Assembly (NCBI GenBank): GCA_047495785.1
Contig: JBLDXI010000009.1
Span: 3,038,001-3,102,000 of the forward strand
DNA length: 64,000 bases
Direction of reading: 5' to 3'
DNA from: Lepidodermella squamata
Taxonomy: Eukaryota; Animalia; Gastrotricha
The translations under genes and the position numbers were made by a program. Position 1 is the stretch's first letter. Each line of letters opens with the position of its first letter. Of the stretch, positions 50,382-61,166 are shown piece by piece. Under the pieces are notes generated by a model. It was not told where the DNA came from. It saw only the letters and a program-made list of their open reading frames with translations, and did not search any database.

Positions 50382-52273
50382 TCACACGTCAGAAGTACTA
50401 GTAGCATTCGGTATTTGTTGCTGTTGGATCAGACAAGGCGGTGAGGCTGAGTTGCTTTCTGAGGTCGTGAAAAAACTCTCCCCCTTGGACGCTGTCGGAT
50501 GCTGTTGGATCAGACTGGGCGGTGGAGATGGGGTGTTTTCTGTGGCTGTGAAAAAACTCTCCCCCTTGGACGCGGAATCTTTTACGCTGTTGCATTTCTG
50601 AAGGATTTCCGCGTTAACTGTGCTACAGCGATTTCGCGGCCCATACAACTCCCCAGCAAAGTCTGTGACCGACATTTTCCTCGTACTCAGTCGCGTGACT
50701 AGTTTTGATAAGAACAATCTAAAAAGTCCTTCTTAAAAAAGAAGCATTTCTTTGAAAACGAAAAACTCACCTCCTTATTGCCGGAACTCGAACGCCGTAA
50801 ATGACAGAATCGCACAGTGGGTAGCACATGAGCAAGCTCATGAAAATTTCGTGGAAGTGATAAAAACTAAAGCAAGGTAGTTATTAGCTGTGAGCACGTA
50901 ATCTGAGAGTCTCATACCTTCCCCACGTTCCAGCGGATAGATTTGCGAATTGAGTCAGTACAATGAGTAAGATTTCAAAGCATACAAAAGGCAGCCAACA
51001 CACTACAAAACTGCCGACAAACATGCACGTCGTAGCGATGAGCTTGCCAATCTGCTGCTGTCGCTTACTTTTGAAAAGCTAGTGAAAATGTAACTATAAA
51101 ATTAGACAATTTAAAGAATTCGAGATGTACCTTTCTGAATATAACTCCGTAGCACCCGATTAGGAAGAGAAAGCACAGAAAGCAGACAATTATGACGACA
51201 TACTCGAGCCAAGGGTCGTTATTAAACCGTTCAAGCTCGAGCTGCCTCTTATTGCTGAATGCCCGATCGAAGACCTCCTTCGTCCGCGATTCGTTACCCG
51301 TGAAGCACGGCTTCGCTGTAGTCACAACAACAGGAAGGACTGTTGGGAATTGTGTTGTTCGCCGAGATCGCACCGAAACTACGGTCGTCATTTGAGCTGT
51401 TGTTGTCAGAGCACGGTGGCGCATTCTCCTCTTAGACCCCGTCCTCGCAGCCAATGTAGAAACCGATGTTGGTAAAGGGCTAGGCATAACGGTTTCCCCA
51501 TCTTCTCCGCCCCGTTCTGTTAGATATGTATTAATAAGCTCGTACAGTTCCATGAACCGATCTGCGTCGATTCCAGACACTGCTTTCGCGAAAACTTCTA
51601 TCGCCTCGGCACATTCCGTGTCGTCTTCGGAAGACTTCTCTGCAGCTAGTCCTGAGTCAAACGGCTGCGTTATCACCGCTGCCTCCCCGCCCCCGTTTAA
51701 GTACCGAAAAACTGCTTTTGGCACATCGCTAAGGCCGAGAAGGATTGCAAACATCCACATGTAATAGGTAATGAACTTTGCTAGATGAGTTTTGGACAGC
51801 TAGAAAGCGAGAGAACCTTAAAACTCAGAAACCGGAAATTAAGATGGACTTACATATCTGTACTTGTGGGGGAACATGATCCCGATGAAATGATCGACAG
51901 ATATGCCACACAAGTTGAAGAGGTTAGCTGGAAAGACCGCATTTTAAGACTGAGATTCAGGTGAAAATGAGGTCAACTCACCGAAAAATCCTATCAGTTG
52001 CATTCCTCTGAAAAAGTGGAACAAAAAGTCGTTTTTCGACTGGTAATTTGTTGCCGTGTCGTAGGTTAGGATAGTGAAGTTGACACAGCACATGTATAGG
52101 TCTCCGACGCATAGACTAAAGAGGAAGCGCTTGTAACCAGCAAGCTTGAACGTTCCGCGGACGATGCCGGCCAGAACACAGCAATTTGTACATGTGGCTA
52201 GGAAGACAATTGCGAAATCGATCAGCACAAAGCTGCCTTTCGGGCTGTACGCGAACGATTCTAACAAGTCCAT
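50382..52273 (-). CDS. Orphan class A GPCR, G11
   Basis: YSPKGSFVLIDF, GYKRFLFSLCVGDL, LCGISVDHFIGIMFPHKY, WLEYVV..CYGVIFRK, CWLPF, YPLCDSVIYGVRV. Confidence 0.86.
50419..50573. repeat. 81-bp tandem duplication (2 copies) in the G11 C-tail
   Basis: Encodes ASKGESFFTATENTPSPPPSLIQQH and ASKGESFFTTSESNSASPPCLIQQQ. Confidence 0.9.
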
Positions 52274-55200
52274 ACAGCGCTGCGTTTGAACTGCTGATGA
52301 TTCGCTCGAGAGGTGAAATTGTATAGTAACATAAGTAATTCTATTTTCCTAATGTAAGTCAGTTGATAAGTGTTGAGAATACGTATACGCCTGATGCTTA
52401 CAGCGGATTCTAGCTACGGAAATTCACGGCAGGAAGGCGGTGGAAGTTGGTCGATAGATGGGTATATAGATAAAATTCCAGCGATTTTGAACATCAGGAC
52501 ATTGAAAACAGGCAGAATATGCAAATTAGGAGGAATTATTAGTGTTAGAATATATCCTGATCAACCTCATTTAAGTCTTATTAGAGTAAGCTTATACAGG
52601 GCGGTTTAAAGGAGGCCTAATGATTGATCGATTTCAGCGTGTCTTTTTTAATTAGAATTTTCTCAGAATTCAAGAGTTTTAAGAATTGCGCGACATCGAT
52701 GTTTTCTTAGCAAAAGTCAAGGATCACGTGTCTGCTAACTGCTAATGATCAGATGGTAATTTAAACCAACTTAAAGATCGATCTAGAATAAGCATCGGAC
52801 TGTTATGTCGAAGTGCAGGGTTCATCAACTCTGCCAGTTGAGATGTCATAACATAGTTCCTCATAATAAAAACGACGGTATATTCAATGGACCGTTTCAA
52901 TGAGTTTAAAAAATGTGACAATAGTATAAAAAATATATGATGGACGTACACTGAAATGCATTATTTTGCGCAAACAAAATATTTGTGACTATCGCAATAA
53001 ATCTGCTACATAATATATGTCTGCGGCGGTAATAATGACAGGTGACATTATTAAAAAAGATGATGAGGTCTGCTGTTCGAATTCTCTTTTAGGCCATCTA
53101 TAATTATATTAGATTCACAACCTTGTCTAAAGGTTGAATTTCAGTGATGCGCCCTATTTTCTACATTTTCTGGCGCGAATCTAACATCATCAGGCCCCTC
53201 GAAGTGAGAGTAATCCACAGATGAAATTTGAAAATTTGTGAGCTTAATATTTAATAAGCTACTAATCTTCAAACCAGCGATTCGACTCGGTTCAGCGCTC
53301 AGCGGGTATAAAATCGAGCCAAGTTGAAGTTGAGCCTAAAGTGGGCAGATCTTAAAGAGGGCCCTTTTGTTTTTTCGGAAAATTCGAGGGCCAGTGGGTT
53401 GTTATTTTCGCTTATTTCTGTCCAGAACTGGGACAGCAGTTCTCATTATGTCAAAGTCTCATTTCATCGAGACTGCGTCTTAAGACGAAATCTAACAATA
53501 AAGCAACCTGGTAAATAAAGATTTCAGACCTAATTTTATAAACTGGGCCAGTAGAGGAGAAAAAATGACAAAAAAATATATAACGCTAATTTTTCTTATT
53601 TCCGACGCCCAAATTTTGCGTCACTATAAGCTTAGATTCACAATTTTAAAATATGAAATTTAATAGCTGTAAATGACCCATTGCAATTCTCCATGGCGAG
53701 TTTTCCATATGAAATAATGTTGAAAAACACCTTTTTAAAATTAACCTACTAATCAGAGTTCACTAAAAATTTGGCTGTCGTTAAACTGGCCATTATAAAT
53801 TGGGTTTACTATTGTAGTCTAGAAGTTTGGAGACAATAGTCTGGTGAGACGATGAGATTCGTAACATTACAAGAGTTTTTTCCCTGAAGATACAGCCTCA
53901 AATCTCTATAGACACTAATCAGAACTCGCCAATTGGGCGGCACATTATTGGTTAATTATTAAATTATGCCAGCCATTGTGCACTTGAGAGTCCCGCGTGA
54001 TGGCACCGAGCGCTATCTATCTAGCCCATCGCAGGATATAGCTGTCCCTAAGGGCCGTGTGGCCTTAGATGTCCGGATAATAACGTCTGTTTAGCCACAT
54101 AAGCAGTCAAAAATAAGCTGATTTTTCAGCTAAAATTCCGCAATTTTGTCGGTGCGATCGAGCATAACAGATTACCTGTGAAAAACGCTCAGATTATAGA
54201 TTAATAGATTAAGGTTAACAACATCAGCCAAATGGATTCAGCATCCAAATTCTAGATAGGGAATAAATTGTTCCGTTATTTCAATTGATGGTTCTAGCTA
54301 TCTGATGTATTCCATCATATTATAATAGGAATTTTAGCATAAACACAAACTGCCGATCGTAAAAATTGTTGATTTTCCTAATCAAAAGGCGTTATATGGA
54401 TTATACTGGGTATCGCTGACTAGCGGTTATTTAAATAACATCGATAAAATAAAATACCGATAAATCTTAGATGTGTTATTTCGGGGGTAAGTGGTGGTAA
54501 TAGATTGATCAATTTCTTCATGTCAAAAAATCGGGATTTTTTCCCCAGCCGAGCGAAAAAAATCGGATTTCTGAATTTACAAGCAATAAATGATGGAAGG
54601 GACCCTACAGTGTCCATAATTTGGGGATTCAGATTCTTGAAGGGAACATCTGAGAGTCGCTTTCAAGCTCCCAGCAGCAACGGTTCCGTGAATTTTTCGA
54701 CGTTTATCCCCGACGAGACAGTTACGTCTTCAATTGAAAACAGTTCCCAGACTAATTTTTTAAGCCATTTTCATCACTCGATATTCCGGTGCTTTCACCT
54801 TTATCTAATCGGATGAAGAATATTGTCGAGAATTTCGGCTGATATTTGAACTCTGGAAACGCACTTTTCAGATTTACGGACCTTTCTCGAGCTTCATGAT
54901 CAATGCGCGACTGCTCAACTCTCTGTTTCCGCTGAGCTGTGATGAAATAAAAAACGGACGTGATGATCGGCGAATCCTGCGACGTGATCGTAAAAACTAT
55001 AATCTTCATAAAATGAGTAACTTTCTAGATTACCCATCGCTGCTCTTGTGTTTCAATATACGAGGGCATAAAGGAGAGAGATCTGCGGATAATAAATAAT
55101 ATTCAACAGCCCTTCACATTCTATTTTACCGAAATAATACTTTTCACTGTGTAAAAGCTGATAAAGTTTGTATAGCTGGACGCATCGCAGCGCGTGCCAT

Positions 55201-56628
55201 TGAACGAATCCTCCGCTCTTCGCCCGCGTTGTAATTCTGTCAGTTTTTTGGCTTCCGCGTCGGTGCTATTAATATTTTTTGTTCCTTTTTCTGCATTAAC
55301 AAATAAAACCAAGCACATTTTTCATTATCCATAGAAATGGATGATTGGTCTGCCGAAATCCTATATAAAGTCGTAGTAAATTTCAGTTTTTAGTCGTTAT
55401 TAGGTAATATTTTCATTAAATAAATAAATTTTAAATTGTATGAAACAAATTTAAATTTTATTCTATTTTTCTTAACAAATTTGATTGAGGCGTTCTGAAA
55501 TATTAACTATTTATAGTATTTTAGCCTGTTCGTAACCAGTAATAGCTGTTGCTAGGATAGGATTATTAAGATTAAATTAATAGATAATTAGTTCGGCTTC
55601 ATGTCCAAATTAGCCATGCTACCTCGTCAGTCGATAATCTCAATTATGACATCTTCCGTGCATATCAAGTCGAGATATGACGTGCGCGTATGGATGGGTG
55701 ATTTTTTTGTTAGTCTTATTCGCTTCCGGAATTTGTTGTAAAAAATGTGTTCCATAATGAGTAATATCAGTACTTCAGTGCTATGCCTATAATTGATGTT
55801 AATTGTTGGTTGGCCCACATCTGTTTTTTATTAGCAATTTCCCAATATTCTCGTGGGATGTTCCCACGTCACCTTTAACCGGAAAACAGACGTCTAATAT
55901 ACAGACGGATCTCTACCCATAGAAATGATCTCTTTCTTTTTGTTTTGACAGATTATGCAGGGTTTACCCTCATTTTAAATTGCATTGGCGCACTTTTAAA
56001 AGGTTATCAAAGTACTAAATTTGCATGACGGTTTGGCTTCATTGGCTCCGCAGACGGTGAATTTTGTTTTCTAGAAACTATCAGCCATCTACTTTTCAAT
56101 AAGTATTCTTTTTATTAATTTATAGGATGTATTCTTTTTCCGTTATCCAACCAAACATAAAGATAAATCAAATTTATTTCAGCGATGCGGCTAATTTACG
56201 CTTGGCTTAACGCGAGTAGTATATAGCTTCAAAACCGGAATGCAAAAAATCACCCGCAATTAAATTGCTGTTCACTGTCGCGTATATTGAATCGCAATTC
56301 TCTTACCTTGGAAAGGGACATTTTTTTCTTTACTTACCTGTCCAAAATTCAGTAAGTTTTTTGCTGAAACGCACACTAGCCCTAGGGTGGGCTTGGCCAT
56401 CTAATTATAAGTCCCGATTAGCCTGAAAATAAAGCGTGGGAATTACTTTTAATAATAGACTTATACGTCTTCACTAGATGAAAGGCATTTCTATAAGCCG
56501 TAAAATCAATTGTTTAATCAAAGGTCAAATCACAATTTTGAAGACGTAGCATAAAAGGTACGTTATTCTCTAAGCTTTAGGTATTATTCAAGGTTAATAA
56601 GTACAGCTGATTTCAGCTTTCAGCCAAA

Positions 56629-59600
56629 ATGCCGTGGTTCCTTTTCGAGGGACCCAAGGGCCCATTTGTCGTTATCGATTGGGTGATTCAGGTGCTGGCC
56701 ATTGTCATCAACAGCGTTCTCCTGCGAGCTATTTTTCATACAAAGTACAATCTAGCCGGATATCGCCAATTCCTGATCTCGCTCAGCTTTTCCGAACTTT
56801 ACGTATGCGGTGTCAATGTCGCCCTGTTTGTCTTCGATGCTTTGAGCTGGCATCGCCCATTCAACGCTGGCCTAGCTTGTGAGCGGCAAATGCTTAAATC
56901 CTTACAATTAACAGGATTTTTTGGTATTTTTTCTTCAATTTCCAAGTCAACTTTAATTTATTGAATTTCAGTGAATTTGCTCAACTTGTTGGGCCTTTCA
57001 ACGGATCATTTCATCGGAACGGTTCATCCAATGAAGTACCAATTTGTAAGTTACTCATTTCCACCATAGAATAACCGCACTTTTGACGTCATCGTGCCAA
57101 TTAATTTTTGTATTGGACTTCGCGCGCGCACTTAAGTCGCACACTAATGCCGAATTTCAGTAGGAGGTCTACAACAAGCGATCAAAAATATCAAAAAATC
57201 TCAGTTCATGATTTAAAGTCTGCGTATATTTCCAGTTAGAACCTACCTAATCAAGTTTTTGAAGAAATCGAATTTCTATGACATTTTTTTAATTATTTTG
57301 CCCAGTTTCATTAATTACTGCAGTTTTTACAGCGCTTCATCTGTCACATACTATAAAAAAAATCACATTTTTGCGATCATGCGATTTTTTAGGTGTAATA
57401 ACATGACCCAATAAGCGAGGATATAGTCACCATATAATAAGGCGGGGGAGTTTATATTTTGAGTGACCTCAATTAGTCACTTAATTTTGATGGAAAGGCG
57501 TTGTAATTATGTGTGCATGTTCCGAGGGTATGCGCATTTGCAGGTCGGACAACACTTAATTGATGAAAACAAATATGTTGTAGCTTACGAATGAACGTTG
57601 GTGTTTCCGGGGCATTTGCGTCATTTTTAGCTCCTAATATTAGTAATTGGTACAGATTTCCAATAAAGCAATGGATTTCACGTAAATTTAGGATTTAATG
57701 ACACTGCCACTATATAGACTATCTATAGGCGAGGTTACAGGGACATTTCAGACAGAATCAAATGACTAATAAACCGTGGTATTTTAAATTCAATAATTCA
57801 GTTATATCGAAATAAATGTTTTGATTGAAAATTGTCTTTTAGCTAATGAATAAATCAACCGCAAAATTGGCCGTGACATTCATTTGGACGGCGTCCTTTA
57901 CAATCGGTTTCGCCGACTGGCCAGTTTCAGCCGCTCGATATGTTGTTCAATCGCGCATGTACCCGGCCAATGCTTCATCGATCACAGCTGATTCGCTGTT
58001 CAGAAGCAATATTTCGTGCTCATTGAATGACGGAGCGGCGACCACCGAAGAGTGGTTCACAAATGTTGACAAATTTCTCACCGAACGCGAATGGGAATTA
58101 AGCTCGCCGGCCGACTTGGTTAGCCCAGCTATTTCAAGGCCGAATAGGATTCAGCAAAATACGTCCACTATTCGAACGCTGCTTAGAGGGTATAAATATC
58201 AATCATTTTAATTTTCAAATTTTTTTTCAAAATTATTTCATGCAGCTCTTCTCCGAAATTATCGACCAAACGCTTGCAGGCTAAAAATTCACGAAATCAA
58301 AAAGCAAAAAATGTAACAAAAATTTCACTTGAATAATTTTCAAATTTAATTTATTCGGAAATTTAGGATCGAAAGCCAGTGGGTAAAAGTCAGATGGAGG
58401 CTGGAATCACTAAATACAGACTGGTTAGGAGAGAAATTGTGAAATCAATCGACAAAGCCTTCAATACGACTACGCCATTTTTTGACGGCTCTAATTTGGC
58501 GACTAAAGCGATACTATGCAAGGCTATGGCTGAGGCCGAGTTGGACGAAGAACGTGAGAAAAGCTGGTGCCCTCGTTTACAATTCCTAGATGCGTCTTCA
58601 TGGCTGGAAATTTGCATGTAAGACATCACATTTTCCACCTCAATAAATTTTTTTGGTAATTTCATGATTTATACAGAATTTCGCTAACGTTTATTTGCTT
58701 CGTAATTGTGTCAATTTTTTACGCGGCAATTTTTCGCACGCTCCACGGCCGAGGTTTGACGAACAGTACAAAAATCGTTACGACGTTCCTTCAGTTAGGA
58801 ATTTTCGTAATATGGTATGCTATTTTTTTAAATTGAGAAAAAATCAAATTAACCTGTTTTTTATTCAATCTCGACCCACCTCAGCTACATGCCTTTGTAA
58901 GTCACCTTTTTCCAGCCTTGAAAATGTGATCATTTTTGCTCATTTTTTTAGTATGACCTTTGACCTTGTTTTAATGGTCTATCCTAATGTCTCGCGCTTC
59001 GGAAGTTCAACTGCGTAAGTTTTGAATCTTCCTCATTTATAAAAAAAATTAAACTTTTTATTATAGCTTCATGAAAACGCAGAACATATTGAATTCACTC
59101 TTACTTGCTTATCCTTTCCTTGACCCACTTCTTTTCGCTATGCGATCGCCGTCTATTTTAAAGTAATTTGAATGCAAAACCTTAGAAAAATCCTCCTTAA
59201 TTTTTTTTTCAGAAACGCTCGTTGTAAGAACTATCAGTCTTGCTATCGGCGGAAATCGGCGGAACAGCGGCGTCAAGAGCTGAATCAGCTTCATCAGTTG
59301 TACGATGCCGGCCAATTGTCGGGTATCGGCCGGCAACAATGGTCCGTCCTGAGCGTGGAAGGAACCCCGACAGGAATGCCGCTGAATCGACGGCTTTGCT
59401 CTAGCAACCCACAGCTCGGTCTGCTGTTGCGGCAGGAACCGCGCCAGGTGTCTGCTAGGAAAATGAATTCTGCTATTAATAAAGAGTTGATTTCGCGCCG
59501 GCAAAGTGCGAAGGTGATGCGGTCGGAGCAGTTGATTCGGTCGCCTGCTGTAACGCGGGCGTCAGACGGCGGCTTATTGAAGAAGCCTTCGAGGGTAAAT

Positions 59601-59684
59601 AGCCTCGCCCCAACAGCTCCGACGATAGTAACTCCGGCAGCTTGGCGGACTTCGCCTAGTGTCAACTTTTTGGATGCTCCTTGA
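56629..59684 (+). CDS. Orphan class A GPCR, G12
   Basis: FEGPKGPFVVIDW, GYRQFLISLSFSEL, LLGLSTDHFIGTVHPMKY, ~800-bp intron 57046-57842, WC..WLEIC, CYMPF (12-nt microexon 58885-58896), YPFLDPLLFAMRS. Confidence 0.83.
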
Positions 59685-59951
59685 GAAAAAATTGAAAAGC
59701 CTAGTTCCTTGTGCAATAAATTGAGATTTGCTGGATGGAGTTGTCGTTATTTAAGCTATCACATGCGAATAAAATACATTATTATTTATTATTATTAATT
59801 TATTTAAAACTGAGTAAGAATAATAATATCTCATCGGGAAAGCTGAGATAACTGGGCCTTGTCAAATCTGCCTGAAAAAACATGAATTTAGGGTTGGAAA
59901 GCTCGGGAATCCTAAAAGGTCCCGAACCTTAGATCGAACTGTATGAAAGCA

Positions 59952-60343
59952 GGGAAAGACTACGGCGAGTTCTTGACGAAAATATTGCTGATAACGCTGG
60001 GCTAAAAAATGCACATTGGATGTTCAAGAAAGTGTTTAGCGATGCTTTAACGAAGTATGAAACGCCCGAAATTCCGCGCTAAACAACAACGAGATGATTT
60101 TCGTGAGTGTTGCCCAGTCTTATTGTGAAATCAGCAACCCGCCCGGCGAGGCGTATTCTCTGAAAGATACCCATGCAGTTTACCCAGAGAGGTCTAACAT
60201 GATGTACATTTATATCTAAATATCATTGAATCCCTTGTTTTTGTAGGGTGAACGAGCAGATGAAGAATTCCGAGGGTTGTGCCCAGGCATTCAACTGTTC
60301 TGTCGGTTCGCCGATGAGCCTTGTCAAAAAGTGCGAAATGTGA
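59952..60343 (+). pseudogene. Neprilysin (M13) pseudogene fragment, last two exons only
   Basis: ENIADNAGLKNAHWMFKKVF..PEIP [frameshift ~60077] LNNNEMIFVSVAQSYC..DTHAVYPER / VNEQMKNSEGCAQAFNCSVGSPMSLVKKCEM*. Intron 60192-60246 is at the same phase-2 position as in the intact neighbour, and the terminal Trp codon is TGA. No upstream exons fit before the end of G12. Confidence 0.85.
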
Positions 60344-61166
60344 AATCCTGAGCATTTTGCTAACTTCGTTGAAGAGAGCGAAGTACCGCTAGGAATGGTT
60401 GGGATCATCCCTACCAGTTCCATCGGTGAACTCAGTCGAAGACAAAAGGGAAGACCCTTATTTTCCTTATCCTTACCAGTTCCGCTGTCCTACTTCGCTC
60501 TCTGGAAGAGGTGTTACATAATCCCAACTTTTTGATTATTTCAAAAAATACTTCCTTCTGGTAACTGACGCAGTTATGATCTGAAGAGACACATTTGATA
60601 GCCCCAGTACCTCAAAAACTAGATATGCCATATTCCAAACCATTTACATACTAAAATGTGAATTCTTATCACCACAAACAAATCCAATCATGCTGTCATA
60701 TTATCTCAGCGCTTGCTCTTTGAGCTTTTTCTCCGTTATTCAACTGACCTGATTTTTTTTCGTGTAGCTATTGTAATTACTAAGTTGTCATGAACTAACC
60801 ATGGACGTGTGGTAAACACATGTGCATTTTATTTAGATTTTAGATGTTAGATGTTAGATTTCCACCGACATCAATTGTTTTGAGACATATAATTAAAAGT
60901 TCTGTGGTGGAGAATTGAAAGCTGGTTGCAGAAGGAGTTTATGATGTGTGAGCTCCAATCAACACCTTGACAAAAAAGCCACCCACATGTACATAATTCC
61001 AGGCTCTTAGCAGCGGCTTGGCCCAATTTTAAGCCTGAGAACATGCGAGAAGGTGGATGACGGTGTAATTCAAGCAAAGATCACCCAATTTTTTTCACAC
61101 CTCTATACATAGTAACCCGGCTAATATAAACCACCGTAAGAGGCGAAAATTGCATTGCCGAAGACG

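Noticed and set aside
53529-53806. Possible second MITE (CCTAATTTTATAAACTGGGCCAGT ... ACTGGCCATTATAAATTGGG)
   Set aside because: The arms are short, gapped and AT-rich, so chance cannot be excluded.
56605-56631. Splice-acceptor-like sites just before GPCR start codons as evidence of SL trans-splicing
   Set aside because: They cannot be told apart from ordinary 5'-UTR introns (G3 has a matching upstream donor near 26836) without 5'-end reads.
60223-60423. 66-aa minus-strand ORF
   Set aside because: It is antisense to the neprilysin pseudogene exon.
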